A stretch of DNA of 40,000 nt from Marinisporobacter sp. (GCA_025210395.1 JAOARV010000031.1:66646-106645), one strand, 5' to 3'. Shown: positions 18,105 to 26,328, numbered from the stretch's first letter. Notes: generated from the sequence alone by a model not told the origin. Program-made: numbers and translations.

Positions 18105-19198
18105 ACAACACCCCCCTCTTTCCTTAGAACAGCTACTTGTTTTTCTCCAATATCATAGACTCCTTTTTGTAAATCTATAAGGTTTTCATCTACATATACT
18201 TGAAGGTTGGTATAATCTACTACCCCTTCTGCTTGAAGAATGGCACTTCCTATTTTTGCATAGCTTATATAGCCTTCAAGATAAGCTGTATCCTTTAAAT
18301 ATTTTTTGATGTTTTCTTCTATATTTGTAATCACTTGTTCTTGTTTACAATTTACTTTGTTGATTTTTAGCTTTACTTTTACATAGGTTTCTATTTCTTG
18401 AGCTGATTGTACCTTTACAATAGCTCCTATAGGTCTTTTTTCATTGATATACGTTTTTACTTCATTAATTAGGCTATCCTCTGCTGCTTTCATTCCCTCA
18501 GCAATAATCACAACCTCTACCGTACCATTTCCTTTTGTTACTGAACACACTCCACCTTGCTGGATTACCTTTTGGGCTGGAAATACTCTTGCATCTTCTA
18601 CTCTAGGAACTTCCTTTGCCCAGTTTCTATAATGATGTTTATTTCCTGATGTAGCAGGAGTACGAACCTTATCAAAATATCTTTGTCTTAAAGCTTCATC
18701 ACTTTCCCCATCATATCCATTGGTGATGGGTTCTAGATTCGTTACACTGCTAAAGCCACTTAGAGATGTTGGAAACTTTTTTATCTTACCTGCTCCTATA
18801 TTTCCAATGCTTCCTATTTCTTCGCATTCTACTAATACCTTTACCTGTCCACTTTCGCCAATAGTGACATTCTCTTTCACAATAAAATCTACAATATCAC
18901 TAGATACCCTCATCCCTACTCTTACTTCTGCTCCTTTTTCTCCATCAATATGTACAATAGTAGTTGCTTTTATAGGTGCTTTTCTTTTTAATCCTTGCTC
19001 AGCTACCTTTTTATCTAAAAAAATACCTGTAGCAGTTTCTACAAAGCCTTGATCTAATATTTTCTCTTGTTGTTCATAAGCTTTTACTAATTCAATCGCA
19101 ATTGGTTTTAGTACATCATAAAAAAAACTTCCTTCTGATTGATCATAGGTATCATCAATTCCTGATAACATATTCTTCATAATTTTGTCTATCATCAT
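18089..19198 (-). CDS. Baseplate J-like protein (XkdT/gp47 family), copy 1
   Basis: 369 aa. SEGSFFYDVLKP and TPATSGNKHHYRNWAKEV blocks. Overlaps the XkdS-like stop. Confidence 0.8.
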   Translation of the reverse strand: MMIDKIMKNMLSGIDDTYDQSEGSFFYDVLKPIAIELVKAYEQQEKILDQGFVETATGIFLDKKVAEQGLKRKAPIKATTIVHIDGEKGAEVRVGMRVSSDIVDFIVKENVTIGESGQVKVLVECEEIGSIGNIGAGKIKKFPTSLSGFSSVTNLEPITNGYDGESDEALRQRYFDKVRTPATSGNKHHYRNWAKEVPRVEDARVFPAQKVIQQGGVCSVTKGNGTVEVVIIAEGMKAAEDSLINEVKTYINEKRPIGAIVKVQSAQEIETYVKVKLKINKVNCKQEQVITNIEENIKKYLKDTAYLEGYISYAKIGSAILQAEGVVDYTNLQVYVDENLIDLQKGVYDIGEKQVAVLRKEGGVVWNKS

Positions 19199-19641
19199 AA
19201 GTTCACCTCCTGACTCAAGAAATCTCCACCTACTAAATCTACTTGAAAGGATACAATCAATTGGGGATTATCTTTTTTGATTTCCCATTGGGATATAGAC
19301 CCAATCATCGGATGCTTTGTTAAGCTTTCTGTGATTTCTCTTCTTAGCTCTGCTTCTACAAAAGCTTTTGGAAAATTGTTTCCTATGATTAAATCTTCAA
19401 TGATTATGCCATATTCATTGGAATCTTCTCTTTCGTAGATTTTGTATCTATATTTTTCTGTCCTCAAAATCTTTTCAATCCATCCCTTGATAGCAGCTTT
19501 TCCTGTTACTTCAACAACTCTTCCATCTTTTACATCAAAATCTCCTTTTTTGAAATCAAATAAAAAAGATTTACCTATCTTCGGTAAACCTGACTCCTTT
19601 TCTTTGGTCTTTATTTGTAATTGTGTTACCTGCGGAAACAT
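19195..19641 (-). CDS. XkdS-like baseplate wedge protein (DUF2634, gp25/W-like)
   Basis: 148 aa. Position and size between the XkdR-like and baseplate J genes. GKSFLFDF...GD motif typical of DUF2634. Confidence 0.6.
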   Translation of the reverse strand: MFPQVTQLQIKTKEKESGLPKIGKSFLFDFKKGDFDVKDGRVVEVTGKAAIKGWIEKILRTEKYRYKIYEREDSNEYGIIIEDLIIGNNFPKAFVEAELRREITESLTKHPMIGSISQWEIKKDNPQLIVSFQVDLVGGDFLSQEVNL

Positions 19642-20057
19642 TATAATCTCACCGCCTTATCTATTAGAAAATAGGTTTGTTCATCTGTAGACGGAACCAA
19701 TATAACTATATCCCCTTTTTTAAGGGTATCTGTATATTTCATAGTCCCTGTAATAGTCGTTTGTGCACCAACACTTCCACTAACTACCTTATATGTTGTA
19801 GGTGGTGGACTTGTTTGAAGTGTAATAGAACCACCCTCTCCGTTGGTTTGTATATTTCCTTTTACTTCTATTTCTCTTTGATAATCCTTTAATACATGTG
19901 CTGCTATGACTAAGTGTTCTTTTGTTAGGATGATCTTGTCTCCAAGAGATACTTGAATATTAGGGGGAGGGCTAAGTACCATTCCTGTCTGTGGTCCTAG
20001 ATAAGGTTGATTATCCCTTTCTTTAAACAATTTAGCCAGTTCACTAATGCCATCCAT
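19641..20057 (-). CDS. XkdR-like protein (DUF2577; spike/central baseplate component)
   Basis: 138 aa. ...GMVLSPPPNIQVSLGDKIILTKEHLVIA... matches the DUF2577 pattern. Located between the XkdQ-like and XkdS-like genes. Confidence 0.6.
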   Translation of the reverse strand: MDGISELAKLFKERDNQPYLGPQTGMVLSPPPNIQVSLGDKIILTKEHLVIAAHVLKDYQREIEVKGNIQTNGEGGSITLQTSPPPTTYKVVSGSVGAQTTITGTMKYTDTLKKGDIVILVPSTDEQTYFLIDKAVRL

Positions 20058-21025
20058 TATATCACCCCTAATCCTAGCTGCATTTTGTGAATGCCATTTT
20101 TCACTGTATGATTTACATCCTTGATCAGGTATTTTCCAGTCATTCCTGTTATAGGCTCTTTGATTTCTATGGTTCTTCCTGCTCGTACCTTATCATCTCC
20201 CATGATTTCAACGCTGTTCTCTTCAAATATTTTCCCAAAGTCTTCTAATATTTTGTCTGCAATGTTCCTTGCTTTTGCTTTATCTTTTTTGTCTATGGTT
20301 GTAACTTCTTGAAGTAGCCCATATTGTTTGATTAATTCATCTTTTTTTCTGTTTTCGATCACATGATTATTAAATACTACTTGAACACTATTTTTCATCT
20401 CTTCTATAGATCGTTTTCTACTAGGACTAGAAAGAGCCTTTGTTATATCATAGGGTTGTATATTTTCTGCAAGCTGGAAGGTTCCTTTGATGATTAACTC
20501 CTCTTGTTTTTCTATACATAGCTTCCCCTGCCTCATTTCCATCCTATATTTCTTTCCTGTATGCTTCTTTGCAATATCTAAAATGTCCTTGATAATTTCA
20601 CTAATAGCTTTCTCCCTATAGATTTTGTTGATCACCGTATTAATAGGTGCAATATTTCCAATAGGTACATTAAAATCATTGAGCATAGTTTCAATGGCTT
20701 TTTTTCCTGTAACTTTATTAAACTGATAAACTGCCTTACTTTTATTGAGATAAAATGCATAATCAAAGCAGCTATATTCGATTCTACCTCTTCCATTTCT
20801 TTGCTCTGAAACAACAATGGCTCGAAGAATTTCATCTTTATTATTGAGAATGATTAAGCTTCCTAAATCTACTGGATTCATTGGAAAATATCGATCATCA
20901 TTAAAAGCAATATCAAAGGTTAGTTGTTGTCCTAACTCATTGATATTGCTTCTCCAGCTGATACTTCCTACTAAAGGTGTAATATCTGTTTGTAAGTTAT
21001 CTTTAATATTAAGTAGCTGATGCAT
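20057..21025 (-). CDS. XkdQ/YqbQ-like baseplate hub protein (gpD/gp27-like)
   Basis: 322 aa. N-terminus ...DITPLVGSISWRSNINELGQQLTFDIAFND... resembles XkdQ/YqbQ. Canonical position after the XkdP-like gene. Confidence 0.65.
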   Translation of the reverse strand: MHQLLNIKDNLQTDITPLVGSISWRSNINELGQQLTFDIAFNDDRYFPMNPVDLGSLIILNNKDEILRAIVVSEQRNGRGRIEYSCFDYAFYLNKSKAVYQFNKVTGKKAIETMLNDFNVPIGNIAPINTVINKIYREKAISEIIKDILDIAKKHTGKKYRMEMRQGKLCIEKQEELIIKGTFQLAENIQPYDITKALSSPSRKRSIEEMKNSVQVVFNNHVIENRKKDELIKQYGLLQEVTTIDKKDKAKARNIADKILEDFGKIFEENSVEIMGDDKVRAGRTIEIKEPITGMTGKYLIKDVNHTVKNGIHKMQLGLGVI

Positions 21026-21026
21026 A

Positions 21027-21467
21027 TTACACCTCCTTTTGTTCTAGTTGTATGAATTTGAATTCGCTCAAGGTAAGGGTATAATATATATCCCCACTAC
21101 CATCCTGCTGCCCATATTCAAAGCTTTCTATCGTACAAGCCATATTCCCTAAATGATCAGGCATATCATTAATAATCATTCGAATGGGTACTCTTCTATT
21201 TTTCCATTTTTCAAGCATGTCTACATAGTCCCATGCTTTGTACTGTTGATTTTCTTCTAAACCTCTTAAAAAAGGATACTTATGGTTTGGGAAAAATGAT
21301 TGTATGCTAATGCTCCTTAAATTTTTCATGCCTATCAGCTTGATTTCTCCCTGACTTATGGTATCAAAGGTTTCATTTTTCATTCCTGATTGTATTTTAA
21401 ATTCCTTTGGCAAAACAGGAAGTGTAAAAAATTGCTCTCTATTGTTTACTGAAAGTAAAATATCCAT
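21027..21467 (-). CDS. XkdP-like tail protein, N-terminal domain only (no LysM)
   Basis: 146 aa. LPVLPKEFKIQSG...IESFEYGQQDGSGDIYYTLTLSEFKF resembles the N-domain of XkdP-type proteins, which usually carry a C-terminal LysM. None is seen here. Confidence 0.5.
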   Translation of the reverse strand: MDILLSVNNREQFFTLPVLPKEFKIQSGMKNETFDTISQGEIKLIGMKNLRSISIQSFFPNHKYPFLRGLEENQQYKAWDYVDMLEKWKNRRVPIRMIINDMPDHLGNMACTIESFEYGQQDGSGDIYYTLTLSEFKFIQLEQKEV

Positions 21468-21480
21468 GAATGCACCTCCT

Positions 21481-23280
21481 TTATGCGTATGTAGGTTGGT
21501 TGGACATGGCTTCTTTTAGTCTTGGGATCAACTTATTAGCAATTTCTTCACTAGACATATTGGCACCTGTAATATTGAATGTAAGATTATTTCTTATATG
21601 CTGACGAGTTCTACGATCTTCCGATTTTATCCCCATATTTTTATTGCTTTGTCCATGTACTGGATGATTTCTCGTTGGGTTTTTAACATAATTATTTCTA
21701 TATAGATTCATTATATTTGATCCTACTCGTTTTCCATATTTTGTGATTCCTAAATTTTTAGTATTAGCTTTATACTCCAGTTTCATTTCATGCTGCGTAT
21801 TAATCTTATTTTGTGATTTAGGAATGAAATGATTCCTACTAATACTATATTTTCCATTTTGTAACTTTTCTTTCATTAAATCTACTTGCTTAGTTGCACC
21901 TGTAAGATTGAATGTAAGATTATTTCTTATATGCTGACGAGTTCTACGATCTTCTGATTTTATCCCCATATTTTTATTGCTTTGTCCATGTACTAGATGA
22001 TTTCTCATTGGGTTTTTAACATAATTATTTCTATATAGATTCATTATATTTGACCCTAATTGTTTTCCATATTTTGTTATTCCTAAATCTTTAGTATTAG
22101 CTGTATACTCCAGTTTTATTTCATGCTGTGTATTAATCTTGTTTTGTGATTCAGGAATAAAATGATTCCTACTACTACTATATTTTCCATTTTGTAACTT
22201 TTCTTTCATTAAAGCTACTTGCTTAGATGGAGTATATTTATCTTTGATCTTGTTCCAAGTATTATTAATAACCCTTACGCTGTTTGTCTCTAAATTTTTT
22301 AAATTATTTTCTTTTATTTGTGCTTTAAACTTTTGATCTTTTGTTCTTTCATTCTCACGTATAGAAATAGGCACGGTTCTATTTCCTAGATCCTTGATTT
22401 GTGGATAATTTTGCATATATGAATCTAGATTAATTGGTATATTTAAATCTTTTGGAGGAATAAAATACTTATTAATTTCCGCTCTCATAGGATCATCTAA
22501 TATATTTTTATACACCATCGTAAGAGGAGTAGTCACTATAGCAGATGTTCCCAAGCTAACTAAATCTACAGCTGCAAGAAATTGTATACATTCATCTTCT
22601 TTTTTCTCCCTCAGTGTTTTTATAGCAAATAATATAGTAAGAGGAGTAAATATATTTTTTGAAATTGTATTTTGTAATGCTTTAAATCTAGATAAATTTT
22701 TTATAGATCCTTCAACCCATCTTTTTATTGGTCCTGATTGTTTTATTAAATCTTTATTATTTCCCATTTTCCCCCACAATTCAATCATCTTTTGTGAGGC
22801 TATCCCTGCTTTACTAGCCATATCAATTGTCTTATTTTTTAAAAGTAATTGGTTTTTTTTAGAAATTGATATATTTTTTACAAATTTTGAAAATTCCCTC
22901 CCTATCTTTGTATCCAAAAACCAAGTACCATAAGATATCCCCGAACCATAAGAACCATCACCATTATCAATTTCTCCATTTCTATTACTATCTACAGGCG
23001 TATCTACAAATTCGCCAAATTGTTCCATAAATTCGTCAAATGAATTGATTATAAAAGGTTTTATATAATTATCTATATTTTTATTTAACCACTTTCCTAT
23101 AGGATTTGTCTGTCCAATATTTCTTCTAGGATCAGTTTTTTTACAAAGTTCATTAGATTTTTTCATGATTTCTATATATGGATTTTTAAATTGATTCTTT
23201 CCATCATTCTCATCTTTTTTTATTAACTTCTTATCTATTTCTTTAGACTTCATTGTTTCTTTCTCCATTTTATTACCCAT
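21481..23280 (-). CDS. Tail tape measure protein
   Basis: 599 aa in the canonical slot after the chaperone pair. Central hydrophobic segments (TPLTILFAI, AAVDLVSLGTSAIVTTPL). C-terminal 2 x 111-aa tandem repeat. RBS AAGGTGGTGAG. Confidence 0.7.
   Translation of the reverse strand: MGNKMEKETMKSKEIDKKLIKKDENDGKNQFKNPYIEIMKKSNELCKKTDPRRNIGQTNPIGKWLNKNIDNYIKPFIINSFDEFMEQFGEFVDTPVDSNRNGEIDNGDGSYGSGISYGTWFLDTKIGREFSKFVKNISISKKNQLLLKNKTIDMASKAGIASQKMIELWGKMGNNKDLIKQSGPIKRWVEGSIKNLSRFKALQNTISKNIFTPLTILFAIKTLREKKEDECIQFLAAVDLVSLGTSAIVTTPLTMVYKNILDDPMRAEINKYFIPPKDLNIPINLDSYMQNYPQIKDLGNRTVPISIRENERTKDQKFKAQIKENNLKNLETNSVRVINNTWNKIKDKYTPSKQVALMKEKLQNGKYSSSRNHFIPESQNKINTQHEIKLEYTANTKDLGITKYGKQLGSNIMNLYRNNYVKNPMRNHLVHGQSNKNMGIKSEDRRTRQHIRNNLTFNLTGATKQVDLMKEKLQNGKYSISRNHFIPKSQNKINTQHEMKLEYKANTKNLGITKYGKRVGSNIMNLYRNNYVKNPTRNHPVHGQSNKNMGIKSEDRRTRQHIRNNLTFNITGANMSSEEIANKLIPRLKEAMSNQPTYA
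21559..22224 (-). repeat. Tandem direct repeat, 2 x 333 bp, in frame inside the tape measure gene
   Basis: Unit 1 is 21892..22224 (aa 353-463) and unit 2 is 21559..21891 (aa 464-574). 99 of 111 aa are identical by my count. The DNA is visibly near-identical at a 333-nt offset (for example GCACCTGTAA at 21563 and 21896). Confidence 0.9.
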
Positions 23281-23338
23281 CCACTCACCACCTTCTCTTA
23301 AAAAATAAAACCATAAAAAGCACCCCTATGGGTACTTC

Positions 23339-23485
23339 CTATGATTCATACTGTTCTTTCATCATTTTCTCTAACTCTTCCATTTCCTTCTCATAAAAAG
23401 CCATGAGGAGAATCATCTCTCCCCTTGGCATGTTGTATAGCACAGATGGTCGGATGCCTTTTGTTTTCCAGTAGTAGTAAAGCAT
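23339..23485 (-). CDS. Small ORF in the -1 frame after the chaperone gene (48 aa from its ATG; probable frameshift extension, gpT-like)
   Basis: My translation: MLYYYWKTKGIRPSVLYNMPRGEMILLMAFYEKEMEELEKMMKEQYES*. The frame stays open upstream through the last codons of the XkdN-like gene. Confidence 0.55.
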   Translation of the reverse strand: MLYYYWKTKGIRPSVLYNMPRGEMILLMAFYEKEMEELEKMMKEQYES

Positions 23486-23508
23486 CTGTGTAAAACCATC
23501 TGTGTTGA

Positions 23509-23904
23509 TTAGTTTTTTACTTCTTCTACTGCTCCACCATCAAATCCACTTAGTTCTCCAATGATGTTGTATAATGTTATGATTTCTCCAGGAAGAAGAA
23601 GCTTTGTCACTAAATCCTTTGGTGTATAAACATGAAATTTATCCATCAGCTCTTTGCTTTTTAGACTTGGGCTTTTTACTCCTTCTATAACGGTCATTCT
23701 TTGAAGCTCTCCTATGTTGATGCTTTCTTGTTCTTCATCCATAGCTAGCTCTTGGATTTCTTCCATTTTATCAGGGGTTAGTGCTTCTACTCGAAAGATT
23801 ACCTTTTCTCCTATTGCCTCTGATAGTCTTTTCATTTCAACTTCTTTACTTGGCTTTCTTAGTTTGCTTTCATCTAGCTGTAATAACAAATCTAATGTAT
23901 TCAT
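23509..23904 (-). CDS. XkdN-like tail assembly chaperone
   Basis: 131 aa, acidic, between the tube and tape measure genes. LDESKLRKPSKEVEMKRLSE...FRVEALT resembles the XkdN/TAC family. RBS AAGGAGGAAG. Confidence 0.7.
   Translation of the reverse strand: MNTLDLLLQLDESKLRKPSKEVEMKRLSEAIGEKVIFRVEALTPDKMEEIQELAMDEEQESINIGELQRMTVIEGVKSPSLKSKELMDKFHVYTPKDLVTKLLLPGEIITLYNIIGELSGFDGGAVEEVKN
23512..23518 (-). promoter_or_regulatory. Putative -1 programmed ribosomal frameshift heptamer A_AAA_AAC
   Basis: - strand reads GT A AAA AAC TAA. The X_XXY_YYZ heptamer occupies the last two sense codons of the chaperone ORF. The -1 frame continues for about 58 codons to stop 23339. Confidence 0.6.
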
Positions 23905-23915
23905 AAGCTTCCTCC

Positions 23916-24362
23916 TTATTCTGGATTGATTACATCTGTAAAGTCATAGCCTGTAAATGTAAATGGACATTCTACCTTTCCTAATGCTTTTGCTTCAAAA
24001 TTCATTAATGTTAAATCATCAAAGCTAACCCCTGTTAATGCTACTCTTTCTGATTGAGCATCTACTGTATCTGGATCAGCAAGCTTGGATACGATTGTAA
24101 ATCTAATATCTTTTCCCTTCTTGATCATATCGCCTAGCTTGATTGCCATTCTTGAGTTTACTTTGTGCATCTTTACAGTTCCTTTTCCTTCCCAGCCTGT
24201 AACCTTTGTATCTTTAGCAAGGACTCCACACATATTTACATCTTCTTTTTTTAATGTAACCTTTGCTTCAAGTCCTGTCAATTCACTTACCTTATCTCCA
24301 TCTAACCAAATTTCTCCCCACGTTCCGTTAATCACTCTATTTCCAGGTATTTTGTTTGCCAT
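23916..24362 (-). CDS. Tail tube protein (XkdM-like)
   Basis: 148 aa directly after the sheath gene. INGTWGEIWLDGDKV...GKGTVKMHKV pattern of XkdM-type tube proteins. Confidence 0.8.
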   Translation of the reverse strand: MANKIPGNRVINGTWGEIWLDGDKVSELTGLEAKVTLKKEDVNMCGVLAKDTKVTGWEGKGTVKMHKVNSRMAIKLGDMIKKGKDIRFTIVSKLADPDTVDAQSERVALTGVSFDDLTLMNFEAKALGKVECPFTFTGYDFTDVINPE

Positions 24363-24374
24363 ATTTATTCCCTC

Positions 24375-25445
24375 CTACATGAATATTTCCATTGTTAAGT
24401 CTTCCATCGCATCTAAGAATTTCACATGTGCTTTGATAAAGACTTCACTTCCTGTATTGTATTCCTTGATTTCTTGTTCTTTTAATGAATCTACATCTAC
24501 ACCTTTTTTCATTAGGTATATCTTTTGGGTATCCATATCGATCATTGCCTTATTTTCATAAGCATTGTCTAATACATCAATTCTTTCTAACTCTTGAAAA
24601 TATGCATTGATGGCTGCTAAGAATAGTACTTTATTATCATATGAATTGATAATTTTTCCAACATAAGAACCATCAAAGGTGTCATGAATATCATCTCTCA
24701 TCAAGTCTACTGCATCTACAATCTTGATCTTTTTAAATTCCTCTCCCTTTGTAGCAGTAGTTGTTGTAAGAGAGTTTACCCCTCTACCGATCTTGATTTT
24801 TACGCCATCGTTGATTAAGATTAATTTTCCATTGTCAATATCTACATCTGGATTATCTGATTCTGTAATGGCTTCTACTTCATTAAGTTCATAGTAAGTA
24901 GAACTTCTTGTAAATGGTAATCCAGCAAGAATTCCTGCGATTCTACAAGTATATTGACTCGCACTATAAGGAACAACCTTATCCTTGTCTACTCTCACCT
25001 GGATGCCTTCTGTAGCAAAATTAATGATTCCTTCATGATCTGCCACTATATTTGGTAATACTGCTTTAAATGTCTTTTTGTTGTTGTCTCTTTGTCCTTT
25101 GACCCATGAAACAATATTTTGTACATCCTTTTGTTCAATTCCTGGAATAGCAAGATAGTTCCACTTTTTGCTTTTTAATCGCTTAAGGGCTTCTGAATAA
25201 TCTTCATCTGCATTGATTCTTTCAACGATAATTTTGCTAGGTATTCCCATAAAGGTTTTTTCAATATAGCCTTTATTTTCAGAGGTCCAATCCTCTGCCT
25301 TTAATTCATCTATTGCCTTATAGATCATTGTGTCAAAATCCTTTGTACCATCCTTTAAAATCAATGCTACAATTCCTCTAGCACTTCTCTTGATAGCTGT
25401 CGTTCCTTTTGTTTTAAATTCTATAGAAATTTTTGGTAATCCCAT
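24375..25445 (-). CDS. Contractile tail sheath protein (XkdK-like)
   Basis: 356 aa. Size, position and N-terminus (MGLPKISIEFKTKGTTAIKRSARGIVALILKD) are typical of small Firmicute sheath proteins. Confidence 0.85.
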   Translation of the reverse strand: MGLPKISIEFKTKGTTAIKRSARGIVALILKDGTKDFDTMIYKAIDELKAEDWTSENKGYIEKTFMGIPSKIIVERINADEDYSEALKRLKSKKWNYLAIPGIEQKDVQNIVSWVKGQRDNNKKTFKAVLPNIVADHEGIINFATEGIQVRVDKDKVVPYSASQYTCRIAGILAGLPFTRSSTYYELNEVEAITESDNPDVDIDNGKLILINDGVKIKIGRGVNSLTTTTATKGEEFKKIKIVDAVDLMRDDIHDTFDGSYVGKIINSYDNKVLFLAAINAYFQELERIDVLDNAYENKAMIDMDTQKIYLMKKGVDVDSLKEQEIKEYNTGSEVFIKAHVKFLDAMEDLTMEIFM

Positions 25446-25888
25446 TATTTTTCCTCCTTCATACTTAGTTGTTGCATCTTTTCATAATTTTGATAATCAT
25501 ATAGCTTCCTTTCATCCACAGTATCCATAAATTGTATTTCAAAAGAAAATGCTAATACCTTATTGACTATACTTACTTTGCTTTCTTGAATGGTAAATTT
25601 TCTATTCTTTACAATCAATAATGGATGAAAAATTTCTTGTAGTTTTTCTAAAGCTTTTAGATTCTCTTCCATGGTTTCACTTTTTGAAAAATATCGTATA
25701 TCTATTTTCATAAGCTTATTTTGATGATATTTATCCTCCATGGTAGTTGAAATCGGTAAAGCTTGTATGAAAAATGCAGGTTGATCCAAATCTTTATCCT
25801 GCATACTTTCACAGAAATGATATTTAGGAAAGCTTTCCTTGATCTTTTCTATGACAGCCTTTTGAATTTCAATGAATGTCATCCTCAT
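25445..25888 (-). CDS. Tail terminator / tail completion protein (XkdJ position)
   Basis: 147 aa immediately upstream of the sheath gene. FIEIQKAVIEKIKESFPKY...PAFFIQALPIS resembles phage tail terminator family proteins. Confidence 0.55.
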   Translation of the reverse strand: MRMTFIEIQKAVIEKIKESFPKYHFCESMQDKDLDQPAFFIQALPISTTMEDKYHQNKLMKIDIRYFSKSETMEENLKALEKLQEIFHPLLIVKNRKFTIQESKVSIVNKVLAFSFEIQFMDTVDERKLYDYQNYEKMQQLSMKEEK

Positions 25889-26187
25889 CTCTCCTTTGAC
25901 ATCCGTCTTTGCTTCATCTTTCTTTGAATAATCTCCCCTGATAAATGATGAATATCTAAAAGATCCATCATATACTCCTCATCTAATGCCAATCCTGTTT
26001 GAGCTTTTTTTAACGCTTCTTTCATTGTTTCTATCTGGTTCTTATAAGTATTTCTCTCTTTGATCACCTTATTGAGCCGGGTTCTTGGAACAAAGCTTTG
26101 ATCATTTACTATAAGTTTTTTGTTTCCTAGCTTTTCTTTTAGTTGGTCATATAACTTTTGACCTAGTATTTCTTTTAAGTGTTTCAT
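25885..26187 (-). CDS. Short protein with a phage scaffold (GP20-like) N-terminal motif; first gene of the structural operon
   Basis: 100 aa. LKEILGQKLYDQLKEKLGNKKLIVNDQSFVPRTRLNKVIKERNTYKNQIE resembles the N-terminus of GP20-type scaffold/minor structural proteins, which are usually about twice as long. From memory, not searched. Confidence 0.35.
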   Translation of the reverse strand: MKHLKEILGQKLYDQLKEKLGNKKLIVNDQSFVPRTRLNKVIKERNTYKNQIETMKEALKKAQTGLALDEEYMMDLLDIHHLSGEIIQRKMKQRRMSKER

Positions 26188-26266
26188 AGTATTCTCTCCT
26201 CATTCCATTACGTTTTTTACGTGCAACGCCACGAATGGATGGTTTAGAAACTTGCTAGCAGTTTTT

Positions 26267-26328
26267 CTTATTTTAAAGTATAATATAGAAATTTTAATAA
26301 TATCGGTTTAGTTTCGGCAATTTTTCGG
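26267..26328 (-). promoter_or_regulatory. Conserved 62-nt promoter-like module, copy B (upstream of the structural operon; overlaps the 3' end of the regulator gene)
   Basis: - strand: CCGAAAAATTGCCGAAACTAAACCGATATTATTAAAATTTCTATATTATACTTTAAAATAAG. Matches copy A at 47 of 62 positions without gaps. Ends 79 nt before ATG 26187. Confidence 0.55.

Noticed and set aside
21559-22224. Possible CRISPR-like or non-coding repeat array
   Set aside because: Only two units, directly contiguous with no spacers, 333 bp each, and in frame within the tape measure ORF. This is a coding tandem duplication.
23321-23336. Hairpin GCACCCCTATGGGTAC between the small chaperone-extension ORF and the tape measure start
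   Set aside because: Only a 4-bp stem can form. It is unlikely to be a terminator inside a translationally packed operon.
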